Notes under the pieces: generated by a model
Told to the model about the DNA's origin: nothing
Database searches by the model: none
The model's input: the letters and a program-made list of their open reading frames with translations, nothing else
Position numbers and translations under genes: made by a program
Source of the DNA: a virus
Virus record (IMG/VR): IMGVR_UViG_3300045988_182579
Span: 1 to 32,000 of that record
Length of the DNA stretch: 32,000 nt
Direction: 5' to 3' (one strand)
Shown here: in pieces, positions 17,583-27,202 of the stretch
Layout of the letters: the number at the start of each line of letters is the position of its first letter
Position numbering within the stretch: the first letter of the stretch is position 1

Positions 17583-17834
17583 ATGGAGTGCCATAAAATG
17601 CAGAAATACGATTTCATCAAGAAGCAATATACGCCGTACACCCCACCTCAGAACGGGCATTGCGACATCATGGTTCATGCCAACGAAGAACTCAATTGTG
17701 CTGCGTGCGGTCGTACCATCAACGAGCACAACGCATATACGTCTGCGGCCATCCAAAACGATATTGGCATTGGCTATCTGATTTGCAAAAGCTGCTATGA
17801 GCACGAGCTCGAAATCAGAAAAGCTGTAAAATAA
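17583..17834 (+). CDS. small CxxC-containing protein
   Basis: NCAACGRTI...GIGYLICKSCYEHE; followed by terminator GCCGCCTCC..GGAGGCGGC-TTTTTT. Confidence 0.65.
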   Translation: MECHKMQKYDFIKKQYTPYTPPQNGHCDIMVHANEELNCAACGRTINEHNAYTSAAIQNDIGIGYLICKSCYEHELEIRKAVK

Positions 17835-17913
17835 GGGTCCAGCCGCCTCCATAAGGAGGCGGCTTTTTTGCTTGTAAAAATATGTATAAACTGTTACCAT
17901 TTAGCGCTTTCCG

Positions 17914-17942
17914 TTGTGAGAAATTGCGAACCGCGGTATAAT
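17914..17942 (+). promoter_or_regulatory. promoter with TTGCGA spacer box (site f, variant spacing)
   Basis: TTGTGA-N17-TATAAT with TTGCGA ending 7 bp before the -10. Confidence 0.55.
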
Positions 17943-17974
17943 TAAAGTGTAGAAAATGAAAGGATTTTTACCGT

Positions 17975-18646
17975 ATGTACATTGATTTCACGAGCAAGCA
18001 GTACTCTTTCATCCTGCACGCTCTTGCTGTTATGATAACGTTTTATAGCAACGATTTTTCCTCTATCTGCAAAGAGGTTGGAGAGGCTTATGGAGCAAGC
18101 GAAGCAGACATTGCAAGTGCTTGCGCTGCTCTGACAGCTGTGAACGTAACGGCACCTGTCAAAAGTTTATCTAACAAGTGCAGCGACATTCTGGAAGATA
18201 TACTGCATCATGCACGAGAACTGCCGGAAAAGGATGCTCCGTATAAGTACAGCATTGGCTTGGATACTCTTTCCTGGAAAGTAGTTGCTGATGCACTGGA
18301 TACATACTCACGTATTTTGATGGGGCAATTTGGCGTCATTTATGAAGCCCTCGATATTTCTGGTAACGATGAGCAGCACTTCCAGGCGTATCATGATGCA
18401 CGCTGGAATGGGGTGGGGGTCCTCGAAGCCCGTGACCTTCTGATTCCACAGCTCAAAAAGATAAGGCTTGGTTGGAATGGGAACTTTGGTATTTCAAATT
18501 CAGGACTTGCCTACAACAGCAAACTGGCATACGAGATTCTTAAAACTATTCGATATGCGACAGAGAAACGAGATAGCTCCGTTCTGAAAGTGACAAAAGA
18601 GCCGCTGCCGCATGTCGATGGTTCTTTCCAAATCAAAGCACTGTGA
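17975..18646 (+). CDS. hypothetical protein
   Basis: 223 aa ORF downstream of promoter. Confidence 0.7.
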   Translation: MYIDFTSKQYSFILHALAVMITFYSNDFSSICKEVGEAYGASEADIASACAALTAVNVTAPVKSLSNKCSDILEDILHHARELPEKDAPYKYSIGLDTLSWKVVADALDTYSRILMGQFGVIYEALDISGNDEQHFQAYHDARWNGVGVLEARDLLIPQLKKIRLGWNGNFGISNSGLAYNSKLAYEILKTIRYATEKRDSSVLKVTKEPLPHVDGSFQIKAL

Positions 18647-18668
18647 ACAAGATTGGAGGTTTTCCGGG

Positions 18669-18881
18669 GTGGGCGACCACATCATTTCTTTCTTAGATAT
18701 CTGCGCAATGCGCGGTCAGCTGGTTTTGGCAAAGGCACCGTCCATCCCGGCTATCAATAACAAAACTGTGTATTGTACCGGCGCTCACAAACACGGAGAG
18801 GACCGCTGCATTGTCCTTGACGGCGAGGAGTACAGCCAGATTCTTTTTGTTAACGGAACAATAAAACTGTATTGGCAGTGA
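18669..18881 (+). CDS. hypothetical protein (GTG start)
   Basis: TTGGAGG then GTG at 18669; 70 aa. Confidence 0.55.
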   Translation: MGDHIISFLDICAMRGQLVLAKAPSIPAINNKTVYCTGAHKHGEDRCIVLDGEEYSQILFVNGTIKLYWQ

Positions 18882-19237
18882 GGTGTCATTGTGGACAATA
18901 TCATTGTGAACAGCGCTCTTTGGTATGCCGAGCAGAGCAGTCAGTTTCTTTTGAATTCTGGGGCCAACAAGCTGCTGGATAAGGGCTATGACTATTATGT
19001 GAAAGAATTTATTCCGCTTGGGCACCGCCTTATCCAAAACGGTCAGATTGCCGCCGATGCGATGGATGGGGAACTTGCCGCACAATTTTCGATGGCATAC
19101 GTCGCAAACTATTGGCGTGCAGCAAAAACCGTGTACAATTTCGCTTCGGAATTTCTCAGAACATTGGCAGAGACTGAGGACGCACCGATTTATTCCGATA
19201 TTATGATGCGGCTGCCATATAGGGATTTTGTCGTCAA

Positions 19238-19534
19238 TAACCCACGACTAAAGTCGCGGGCTTGCATCAGCGAGTCTACGCTTTAGAAGTGTCCGAAAGG
19301 ATATGTTGACTACCCTAAGTGCTTCGAGCACTCCGTTATAAGCGAATAGATAGTTACCGTGCGGCGTTAATCCTAACTGCACGCTCTAAGACAACACATC
19401 ACGTAAAGCTGAGGCAAAGCCGACAGGTGTGGTTGTATCAAACCGCTTATGACCTTGGGGAAGGATTTTTACCCTCTTCGGAGGAGTGAGCAGCTTCCTT
19501 TTAGCTGCAATTTTATCGAAAGGAGCATAGCATC
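19238..19534 (+). ncRNA. putative omegaRNA scaffold region for IscB-2 (guide ~19222-19237)
   Basis: 297 bp non-coding region strongly similar to the equivalent region of element 3. Confidence 0.8.
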
Positions 19535-20797
19535 ATGCAATATGCGTATGTACTTAACAAGCGCGGCGAGCCCTTGATGCCTTGCTCACCCGGAAAGGCT
19601 CGCATCTTGTTGAAACAGCAAAAAGCTTGCGTTGTAAAACGCACGCCGTTCACCATCAAACTCCTGCATGGAAGTGCGGGATACAAACAGCCTATCACTC
19701 TTGGTGTAGATGCGGGCAGCAAGCATGTTGGCTTGTCTGCATCTACAGAGAAGCGCGAACTCTACAGTGAGGAGTTCACTCCTCGCAACGATGTAGTAGA
19801 ATTGCTATCTACGCGCAGACAGAACCGCCGTTCAAGGCGAAATCGCAAAACTCGTTACCGTGCGCCAAGATTCAATAACCGTGTACACAGCAAACATAAG
19901 GGTTGGCTTGCACCTTCGGTAGAAGTAAAAATCCAAGAGCACATTACTGTTATCAAGCGCATCTGTCGAATTTTGCCTATCACTCTTGTAAGAGTAGAAA
20001 CTGCAGAGTTTGACACGCAACGCTTAAAAGCAATGCTTGCCGGAAAGCCTCTGCCGGTAGGAACCGACTACCAACTCGGTGAGATGTACGACGAATACAA
20101 TGTTCGCCAGTATGTTTTGAAGCGTGATAACTATACATGCCAATGCTGTGGTGCTCATACCACCGCAAAGAAAACCGTCAAGCTGCATGTACATCACCTT
20201 GAAAGCCGTAAGGTGGGCGGTAATGCACCAAGCAACCTTATCACTTTGTGTACCACTTGCCACAACAACCTCCATAAAGGGAAGATAACACTTGACGGCA
20301 AAAAACGTGGTAAAACGCTTCGCGATGCGGCTTTTATGGGTATCATGCGTAACACACTACTGACACGCCTACGCAACGAACTTAATATTCCAGTACAAAA
20401 CACATATGGCTATATAACCAAGTTGTTACGTGAACAAAACGACATCAAGAAAAGCCATGTTAACGATGCCCGTTGTATTAGCAAGCATCCACTAGCTAAA
20501 CCTTGCAGTGTTTGTTACCGCACGAAGGCAATTCGACACCACAATCGGCAAATCCATAAAGCGAAAATCTTGAAAGGTGGAATTCGAAAAGCAAATCAAG
20601 CGCCCTATATCGTTAAAGGATTTCGCCTCTGGGACAAGGTGCTCTATAACGAGCAGGAATGTTTTATTTCAGGACGCAGGTCATCGGGATATTTCGCTTT
20701 AAGAAAATTCGATGGTACAACCATTACGAATAGCATTTCATTTAAAAAACTGCGACTATTAGAGCCTGCAACAAACTATTTAATCGAAAGGAAGTGA
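19535..20797 (+). CDS. iscB: IscB RNA-guided endonuclease
   Basis: PLMP domain (GEPLMPCSPGKARILLKQQKA), RuvC-I LGVDAGSKHVGLSA, RRNRRSRRNRKTRYRAPRF, RuvC-II VETAEFD, HNH (CQCCG..LHVHHLESRKVGGNAPSNLITLCTTCH), RuvC-III HVNDARCI. Confidence 0.95.
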   Translation: MQYAYVLNKRGEPLMPCSPGKARILLKQQKACVVKRTPFTIKLLHGSAGYKQPITLGVDAGSKHVGLSASTEKRELYSEEFTPRNDVVELLSTRRQNRRSRRNRKTRYRAPRFNNRVHSKHKGWLAPSVEVKIQEHITVIKRICRILPITLVRVETAEFDTQRLKAMLAGKPLPVGTDYQLGEMYDEYNVRQYVLKRDNYTCQCCGAHTTAKKTVKLHVHHLESRKVGGNAPSNLITLCTTCHNNLHKGKITLDGKKRGKTLRDAAFMGIMRNTLLTRLRNELNIPVQNTYGYITKLLREQNDIKKSHVNDARCISKHPLAKPCSVCYRTKAIRHHNRQIHKAKILKGGIRKANQAPYIVKGFRLWDKVLYNEQECFISGRRSSGYFALRKFDGTTITNSISFKKLRLLEPATNYLIERK

Positions 20798-20924
20798 ATG
20801 GGCAAATCCTCCCACGACTGAAGTCGCGGGTATCCTTGCCATGATTGATGATGCCCCTGAAAAACACAAATCTAAGGGCTGGACCAACGCGATGCCAAAA
20901 AACAAACGAAGCTAAAAAAGCCAC

Positions 20925-20952
20925 TTGCACAAATGTGCGAACCGCCTAAAAT
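20925..20952 (+). promoter_or_regulatory. promoter with TGCGA spacer box (site b)
   Basis: TTGCAC-N16-TAAAAT containing TGTGCGA ending 6 bp before the -10. Confidence 0.7.
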
Positions 20953-20958
20953 AATAAT

Positions 20959-21060
20959 TGCATAACAGATACCATCACTTACCTCCTAATTGAACATTAA
21001 ATTAACAATCTGTCATGCACAAGTAAGCAGACTCTCTTTTGAGGGCCTGCTTCTTTTTTT
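20959..21060 (+). promoter_or_regulatory. structured leader with terminator (attenuator-like)
   Basis: TGCATAACAGAT/ATCTGTCATGCA stem (one mismatch), then AAGCAG..CTGCTT hairpin plus T tract before the gene. Confidence 0.6.
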
Positions 21061-21106
21061 GTATGTATTGATTAGAAACAAAAATATTTCAGAAAGGATG
21101 AATACT

Positions 21107-21349
21107 ATGACCACAAATACCAAGAACAGTTTTACCAGGTTCGCGGCTGCCGCAAAAGATTGCTTCTATGTGAATTCTTTTCGCGCAGACTTAGTTCAGT
21201 GCGACAGGGCCTTGAAAATGGACGGCGAGATGCACGTCGAAGCGGAATGCTGGATGAACATTTTGGATGCCCTGGACGATAACGACATCAAGATGTATGT
21301 CGATAACGAATACCGTCCCGGACTTCTGAACCCGTTCCATAAATGGTGA
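21107..21349 (+). CDS. small protein paralogous to 29523-29768
   Basis: DRALKMDGEMHVEAECWMNILDALDDNDIKMYVDNEYRPGLLNPF matches ENALGMGGLMAINAECWLDDLSAMPDAEIAEYVRTKYKPGLLNPF. Confidence 0.8.
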   Translation: MTTNTKNSFTRFAAAAKDCFYVNSFRADLVQCDRALKMDGEMHVEAECWMNILDALDDNDIKMYVDNEYRPGLLNPFHKW

Positions 21350-21368
21350 CGCTCCAAAAACAAGTCAA

Positions 21369-21680
21369 TAACCCACGACTAAAGTCGCAGGCTTGCTCCG
21401 GCAAGTCTGCACTTTAGAAGTGTCCGTAAGGATATGTTGACTACCATAAGTGCTTCGAGCACTCCGTTATAAGCGAATAGATAGTTACCGCATAGTGTAA
21501 ATCCTAGCCGTGCGCTCTAAGACAACACATCACATAAAGCTGAGGTAAAGCCGACAGGTGTGGCTGTATTAAACCGTTTATAACCTTGGGGAAGGATTAG
21601 CTTCTTCGGAAGTGACTCCTCTTCGGAGGAGAGGACAGCTTATCATTAGCTGTCACACAAATAGAAAGGAGCATGGTATC
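21369..21680 (+). ncRNA. putative omegaRNA scaffold region for IscB-3 (guide ~21353-21368)
   Basis: 312 bp non-coding region strongly similar to element 2. Confidence 0.8.
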
Positions 21681-22943
21681 ATGCAATATGTGTATGTGCT
21701 TAACAAACACGGCGAACCTTTGATGCCGTGCTCTCCACGCAAGGCTCGCTTATTGTTAAAGCAGAAGAAAGCATGCGTTGTAAAACGCACACCGTTTACA
21801 ATCAAGCTCCTGTATGGAAGTACAGGATACAAACAACCTCTTACTTTGGGCGTAGATGCAGGCAGCAAACATATTGGCATATCTGCTGCCACTGAAAAGT
21901 ACGAACTCTATTGCGAAGAGGCAACTCCACGCAATGATGTGGTTGATTTGCTTTCTGCACGCCGTGCTTTCAGACGCAGCAGGCGAAACCGCAAAACCCG
22001 TTACCGTGCGCCGCGTTTCAACAACAGAGTGCATAGCAAGCATAAGGGCTGGTTAGCGCCATCAGTGGAGGTCAAGATTCAAGAACACATTACGCTTATC
22101 AAGCGAGTATGTCGTATTTTGCCTGTTACGTTCGTCAGAGTAGAAACAGCAGAGTTTGACACACAACGTCTAAAAGCAATGCTGGAAGGTAAACCTCTGC
22201 CGGTAGGCACAGATTACCAGCTTGGTGAGATGTACGATGAGTACAATGTACGCCAGTATGTGTTAAAGCGTGACAATTATACGTGCCAGTGCTGCGGTGC
22301 GCATCCAACAAAAACAAAAGCTGTAAAACTGCATGTGCATCATATCGAGACCCGTAGAACAGGTGGCAATGCTCCCAATAACCTGATTACGCTTTGCACA
22401 GCTTGCCATAAAGCTCTACACGCTGGAAAAGTAACACTTGACGGCAAAAAACGTGGCAAACCTCTCAAAGATGCATCTTTTATGGGGATTATGCGTAAAA
22501 CACTTATGGAACGCTTGCTTAAAGAGCTAAAGATTCCGGTACAAGGGACTTATGGTTACATAACCAAGTACTTGCGTGAGAAGCATAGTATTCCTAAAAG
22601 CCACACCAACGATGCACGCTGCATTAGCAAGAACCCATTGGCCATACCTTGCGATACTTGCTACTACACGAAGGCTATACGCCACCATAACAGACAGCTG
22701 CACAAAGCAACTATCCTAAAAGGTGGTATACGCAAGGCTAATCAAGCTCCGTACACCGTAAAGGGTTATCGTCTTTGGGACAAAGTATCCTATAATGGCT
22801 CAGAATGCTTTATCACAGGCAGACGAACTTCTGGATACTTCGCTCTTAAAAAATTGGACGGTACTGTTGTTTCTAATAGCGCGTCCTACAAAAAAATGCG
22901 GCTACTAGAAGTCGCAACAAATTATATTACAGAAAGAAGGTGA
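21681..22943 (+). CDS. iscB: IscB RNA-guided endonuclease
   Basis: Close paralogue of 19535-20797 with intact RuvC and HNH motifs; real start likely ATG 21681 rather than 21612. Confidence 0.95.
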   Translation: MQYVYVLNKHGEPLMPCSPRKARLLLKQKKACVVKRTPFTIKLLYGSTGYKQPLTLGVDAGSKHIGISAATEKYELYCEEATPRNDVVDLLSARRAFRRSRRNRKTRYRAPRFNNRVHSKHKGWLAPSVEVKIQEHITLIKRVCRILPVTFVRVETAEFDTQRLKAMLEGKPLPVGTDYQLGEMYDEYNVRQYVLKRDNYTCQCCGAHPTKTKAVKLHVHHIETRRTGGNAPNNLITLCTACHKALHAGKVTLDGKKRGKPLKDASFMGIMRKTLMERLLKELKIPVQGTYGYITKYLREKHSIPKSHTNDARCISKNPLAIPCDTCYYTKAIRHHNRQLHKATILKGGIRKANQAPYTVKGYRLWDKVSYNGSECFITGRRTSGYFALKKLDGTVVSNSASYKKMRLLEVATNYITERR

Positions 22944-23017
22944 AGGAACAATTCCTCCCATGACTGAAGTCACGGGTATCCTTGCCCAGCTCAATGAATA
23001 ATATCTGACTCGTATCT

Positions 23018-23057
23018 TTGCGGTCGTTCCTTTTGGAGCGGCCGCTTTTTTTGTTTT
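23018..23057 (+). terminator. intrinsic terminator
   Basis: GCGGTCGTTCCTTTTGGAGCGGCCGC then T7. Confidence 0.7.
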
Positions 23058-23065
23058 CAGTTTCC

Positions 23066-23093
23066 TTGCGCAAATGTGCGAGTCTCATAAAAT
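23066..23093 (+). promoter_or_regulatory. promoter with TGCGA spacer box (site c)
   Basis: TTGCGC-N16-TAAAAT containing TGTGCGA. Confidence 0.7.
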
Positions 23094-23114
23094 GAAAATT
23101 AGGGAGGTGCTGTT

Positions 23115-23411
23115 TTGAAAATTCAGAGAATCATGCCTGCAACTACTCACTCCATGAAAGACGCGTTACCGCTTGGGACTATCCTGACGGTGAAAAATGT
23201 TGCAGACCAGAAATATATTGTGGTCGGCTATGACACAAGTTCTTTTCCGCATAACTACTATGCGGTTCCCTGGCCGCAAGGGTACATGGGTGAAGAAAAT
23301 ATGTACTTGGTAGGATTTGATGATATTGCGAAAGTTCTGTGTCGCGGCGGAATCAATGAGGAATCCAGAGTTTTCTTGCAGGCACTGGATGATGTGTTGA
23401 ACGGGAGGTGA
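23115..23411 (+). CDS. hypothetical protein (TTG start)
   Basis: AGGGAGG RBS; 98 aa. Confidence 0.65.
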   Translation: MKIQRIMPATTHSMKDALPLGTILTVKNVADQKYIVVGYDTSSFPHNYYAVPWPQGYMGEENMYLVGFDDIAKVLCRGGINEESRVFLQALDDVLNGR

Positions 23412-23415
23412 CACG

Positions 23416-23631
23416 GTGACGGTAAAAGAGCTGAAGCATATGCTTGAGAACGCGGACGACAATGCTATCGTCGTTGTGCGAAATAACTGGGCTCCGGCGG
23501 AATTCCTGAATGCCTCTGCTCGGAAGATGGTGCTTGTGAAAACAAATGGCAAGCTCATGACGCCGAAATGGGCCGAGGCGAGCGGGTATATCTGCGAAGG
23601 CCCTGCTATGTCGGCAATTTTATTCGATTGA
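23416..23631 (+). CDS. hypothetical protein
   Basis: GGGAGG upstream of GTG; 71 aa. Confidence 0.65.
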   Translation: MTVKELKHMLENADDNAIVVVRNNWAPAEFLNASARKMVLVKTNGKLMTPKWAEASGYICEGPAMSAILFD

Positions 23632-23644
23632 GGTGAGAAAAATC

Positions 23645-23974
23645 ATGCCCGATAAAAAAGTGGCCACGCAGGCATCTGATGGACCCTGGGAACGCGAAAC
23701 CATCATCACATTCAATGATGCGGAGAAGAAAGCATCCTACTACACCTGCAACAAAGCTCGTATGGAACAGCTAAAAGAGCTTGCCAAAGAGTACCCTGAT
23801 GCTGTTAAAATCACGCGGGATGAGGACTGGTGTATGGAGGCAGATATGCCCAAGAAATGGGTCAAAATCAAACCGCCTCGCAAGTTGACTGAAGAGCAAT
23901 ATGCGGAACTGGTCAGACGCGGCAAAGAACTTGCAGAACGGCAGCGGCAGCTAAAAAACGAAACGAAGGAATAA
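23645..23974 (+). CDS. hypothetical protein
   Basis: ATG 23645; charged C-terminus. Confidence 0.65.
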   Translation: MPDKKVATQASDGPWERETIITFNDAEKKASYYTCNKARMEQLKELAKEYPDAVKITRDEDWCMEADMPKKWVKIKPPRKLTEEQYAELVRRGKELAERQRQLKNETKE

Positions 23975-24008
23975 ACCGGCTTCATATGCCGGAAGAGGAG
24001 AATATAAA

Positions 24009-24626
24009 ATGTACAATTCTTACAGCGCATTGAATCTTTTGGGCGGTATGCTCTATACGGTGATTCTTCTGGTGGTAGCGTATTTTGTGCTCAAAATCGT
24101 CGCCAATTGGAAAATTTTTGAGAAGGCCGGGCAGCCTGGCTGGGCATCCATCGTCCCGTTCTACAGCAACTACATCGAATTCAACATTTACTGGGGGAAC
24201 GGCTGGTTGTTTCTGATTCCGGTCTTGCTGAGCCTTTTGTCTGGCATCCCGCTGCTCGGCAATCTGTTCCTGGTTGTTGCCCTCATCATCGGTGCTATTA
24301 CCAACTACAAGAAAGCTGTTGCGTTCGGTGAAGGTATTGGTTTCACGATTGGTCTTTGCCTTCTGAATCCGGTGTTCAACATGATTCTTGCTTTCGGCCA
24401 TTATGAGTATCACGGTATCCCGCAGGATGGCTATTCCTATTCTCAGCTCAAGACCAAATATGAGGAAAAGAAAGCCGAACAGCAGAGCAACCCCAGTACT
24501 GTTCAGTACCAGGCCCCCGAAACTCCCAAAGAGCCGAGCCAGAATGTTCAGTATCAGACTCCGAATGCTCCTGCTGAAGTCAAGACCCCGCCGACTCAGC
24601 AGAATCAAAATCAGGACAATGGCTGA
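24009..24626 (+). CDS. membrane protein, DUF5684-like
   Basis: WKIFEKAGQPGWASIVPFYSNYI plus several hydrophobic segments. Confidence 0.75.
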   Translation: MYNSYSALNLLGGMLYTVILLVVAYFVLKIVANWKIFEKAGQPGWASIVPFYSNYIEFNIYWGNGWLFLIPVLLSLLSGIPLLGNLFLVVALIIGAITNYKKAVAFGEGIGFTIGLCLLNPVFNMILAFGHYEYHGIPQDGYSYSQLKTKYEEKKAEQQSNPSTVQYQAPETPKEPSQNVQYQTPNAPAEVKTPPTQQNQNQDNG

Positions 24627-24819
24627 TATTATTTGGGTCGTTGTGTTTCTCTGCGTTCTCATCGCGTCCTGCTTTGGAATGTACTATTTCCAGGGTGAGA
24701 ACAAACAAAAATTTGTGTTTTGCTTTTTGCTGGTAGCATTATCTTTTGGAGTTCTTGCGTTTCGGCTCCTGGATATTGCCTACACAATGATAAACGTAGC
24801 TGTCAAAGCCGCACAATGA
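24619..24819 (+). CDS. small two-TM membrane protein
   Basis: ADIIWVVVFLCVLIASCFGMYYF..KFVFCFLLVALSFGVLAFRLL; overlaps upstream stop. Confidence 0.6.
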   Translation: MADIIWVVVFLCVLIASCFGMYYFQGENKQKFVFCFLLVALSFGVLAFRLLDIAYTMINVAVKAAQ

Positions 24820-24902
24820 CCTTTTTGCAATTCTCAAACTGCTTTTTGGCAGACCTTCCAACCGAGGGCCTGCCTTTTTTATTGTTGCCAGGAGGAAAAT
24901 CT

Positions 24903-25784
24903 ATGAAAATCCGATTCTATACAAACAACAAAGAAGCTATTGTATTCGACCTTGAGGATATTTTGAAGCAGCTCAACATTGAAGAGCAGGTAGCCACTGT
25001 CGGCCTTGTCATTGAAAAAGACGAGGCCGAGGTTGAGGCAATCGCTCAGACAATACAAGACGATTATCCGAACATGTACCTTCAGGCAAAAGAATACGGG
25101 CGAAATCTGACCTTGGCTTGTGCGGAGCTTCCGAACCCTACTAACCCGGATATTGTAACCTACCTCTATGCGGGCGATGATGCTACGGAAACTGACAGTT
25201 GGATTGCGAAAGTGAACAACACAATTCGTGCGCAAGGGGATAACAGTGAACGGCTCATCCATATTGACTCGAATCTCGCTGCCGTGGTAGAAGCAAACGA
25301 AACGGAACAAGGATACTATGCTTCCACCGTGTCGCAGCATGACAAGGCCACAAACGAAATGCTGAGTTTTCGACAGATTGCAGAGTCGTTGGAAGCTGTT
25401 GGGGATAACTACAAGTACCAGAGCGCAAGCAACATTCTGACTGCAAGAACCAAAGCAGAGCGGAACTATATTGTCCGGCTTATCAAGATGTATTGCGACG
25501 ATACTAAATACCTTGCTGGTTCTATGCCGCAAAGTGAGAACCCGTTCTGTGTCCAGAACGTTGACGCTCTGAACCAGCGCGATGCGCAGTGGTCCGAAAT
25601 CAAAGAGTATCTTGCACAGGACGAGAATCGCAACAAGCTGGATGTGATTCTTGGCTTCGTGCCGGATGAGGAGAGCGACAAGACTCTAATTCTGCACAGC
25701 ATTGAAGAAAAAGGGAAGGCCATGTCTGATTCTGAAATCGAAAAAGCATATAATTTGCTGTTTGGTGACTGTAGCAATGGATGA
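24903..25784 (+). CDS. hypothetical protein
   Basis: CAGGAGG RBS before ATG 24903. Confidence 0.75.
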   Translation: MKIRFYTNNKEAIVFDLEDILKQLNIEEQVATVGLVIEKDEAEVEAIAQTIQDDYPNMYLQAKEYGRNLTLACAELPNPTNPDIVTYLYAGDDATETDSWIAKVNNTIRAQGDNSERLIHIDSNLAAVVEANETEQGYYASTVSQHDKATNEMLSFRQIAESLEAVGDNYKYQSASNILTARTKAERNYIVRLIKMYCDDTKYLAGSMPQSENPFCVQNVDALNQRDAQWSEIKEYLAQDENRNKLDVILGFVPDEESDKTLILHSIEEKGKAMSDSEIEKAYNLLFGDCSNG

Positions 25785-25790
25785 ATAATC

Positions 25791-25818
25791 TTGCGCTTTC
25801 GTGCGAGACCCGTATAAT
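25791..25818 (+). promoter_or_regulatory. promoter with TGCGA spacer box (site d)
   Basis: TTGCGC-N16-TATAAT containing GTGCGA ending 6 bp before -10. Confidence 0.7.
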
Positions 25819-25823
25819 TTAGC

Positions 25824-25939
25824 TTGTACGATAGATACCATCTACTAAGCACACTGTGTGCTCGTACAATTCACACTTCGCTTTAAGGCGGACTTCCCAC
25901 ACCGGGAGGTTCGCCTTTTTGCGTACAAAAAAAAGGAGT
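25824..25939 (+). promoter_or_regulatory. riboswitch/attenuator-like leader
   Basis: TTGTACGA (25824) can pair with TCGTACAA (25862) or CGTACAA (25922); AGCACAC/GTGTGCT hairpin; GGCGG..CCGCC-like terminator plus T5; RBS follows. Confidence 0.55.
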
Positions 25940-25945
25940 GTTATA

Positions 25946-26350
25946 ATGGGTTGTATATGGACGGCTCTTGGCAACCGACTTGAAACCGCTTGGAAGAGAC
26001 CTACTAAGCCCAACTCTAAACGCCCGAAAGACGGTGAAATCATCGACGAAGAGAAATCGGTGCGCTGGAACAGGGAAGAGGTCGTTCGCCGACAGAAAGC
26101 CTGGGATGCGGAATGCTCTCGGCTGAAGAAGGCGCAGAATGCAGAAATCGAACACATCTCGGAAGCTATCGAACTTCAAATTCAGGAAGACATCAAAGCC
26201 AAAACGAAACGCAGCATTTCCAAAAAGGCTGCAACCATCCTCTGGCAAAAAGCCTACGACCGTGGCCACGCCTATGGTTTCACTGACATCTACTGTGCCA
26301 TCGAAGACTACGAGGAGCTGGTTGTTGCCGTACTTACAAACGCCCGCTGA
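25946..26350 (+). CDS. hypothetical protein
   Basis: AAAGGAG RBS before ATG 25946. Confidence 0.7.
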   Translation: MGCIWTALGNRLETAWKRPTKPNSKRPKDGEIIDEEKSVRWNREEVVRRQKAWDAECSRLKKAQNAEIEHISEAIELQIQEDIKAKTKRSISKKAATILWQKAYDRGHAYGFTDIYCAIEDYEELVVAVLTNAR

Positions 26351-26381
26351 ACTCAACCACAAATCACAGAAAGGAAAAAAT

Positions 26382-27191
26382 ATGAAATTAAACGAATATC
26401 TCACAGAAAACGGCGTCAAGCTGATGATTAAAGGCTCCGGAGAAAATTATCCTCCACGTCAGACAAACGACCTCGGTATGTACGATTACGCCGAAGGTCT
26501 TGAAAACGTCATCGGCAAAATGGCTTGGATTTGCGATTATCGCGCAAATGCGGAGCCGACCAAAGGGCCAATTCGTAACATCAAACCTACCCCCGTTGTT
26601 GTTACGGATGCAAAAGAAACGAGCAAAACCATCTATTATTCTCCGGTCTATTTTCGGCCGGTAAATAAGGGTAAGATTTCTTCAACCGTCATTGCTCCCA
26701 TGGATAAAACCGGGTATCGCTGCAACTCTGGTACTTCCGTCAACATCTTCTACACGAAAGAAAAGTGCGTGAAGTGCTATCGGGAGCAGGTTCGACAGGC
26801 AAACGAGATTTATGAGAAAGAGAAGGCTCGCATCATCAAAGAGTTCGACGCTCGCATGCAGATTCTCAATGATTCTCTCACGCCGTTCAACGATGTCCCG
26901 CAGAGCAACTACACCGTTGTTGCAAAAATGGATGTTACGAACGATTCTCTCGGATACAATGAGAAAAATCGGCATTTTTATCTCGAGACGACCCGAACCA
27001 TGATTCCGACTCGCTATACCATCGAAATGCTCAAGATGCAGGCACTGATTGGCCTGGTGGATGAACTCCGTGCAAACACCACCTGGCAAAAGGGCATCCC
27101 TTTCCGTATCCTTATCAGAACAACAGTTTTCGTGGATGGTATTGAAGATGTCAGCCAGGCCACAACGGAATCTCAAACCATTACCCTTTGA
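26382..27191 (+). CDS. hypothetical protein
   Basis: AAAGG RBS before ATG 26382; 269 aa. Confidence 0.75.
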   Translation: MKLNEYLTENGVKLMIKGSGENYPPRQTNDLGMYDYAEGLENVIGKMAWICDYRANAEPTKGPIRNIKPTPVVVTDAKETSKTIYYSPVYFRPVNKGKISSTVIAPMDKTGYRCNSGTSVNIFYTKEKCVKCYREQVRQANEIYEKEKARIIKEFDARMQILNDSLTPFNDVPQSNYTVVAKMDVTNDSLGYNEKNRHFYLETTRTMIPTRYTIEMLKMQALIGLVDELRANTTWQKGIPFRILIRTTVFVDGIEDVSQATTESQTITL

Positions 27192-27202
27192 TGAACTGTC
27201 AA

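Larger units (their letters stand above)
19238..20839 (+). mobile_element. IscB-type element 2
   Basis: Left flank GTCAA; left hairpin CCCACGACTAAAGTCGCGGG; right hairpin CCCACGACTGAAGTCGCGGG then TATCCTTGC. Confidence 0.85.
18891..20914 (+). pseudogene. hypothetical gene split by IscB element 2
   Basis: 5' part 18891-19237 (...YRDFVVN) and 3' part 20840-20914 (MIDDAPEKHKSKGWTNAMPKNKRS*) rejoin in frame when 19238-20839 is removed. Confidence 0.7.
21369..22985 (+). mobile_element. IscB-type element 3
   Basis: Left flank GTCAA; left hairpin CCCACGACTAAAGTCGCAGG; right hairpin CCCATGACTGAAGTCACGGG then TATCCTTGC. Confidence 0.85.

Noticed and set aside
324-22943. Calling the three nucleases TnpB
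   Set aside because: They carry the PLMP N-terminus and an HNH domain inserted in RuvC, which fits IscB, not TnpB or IsrB.
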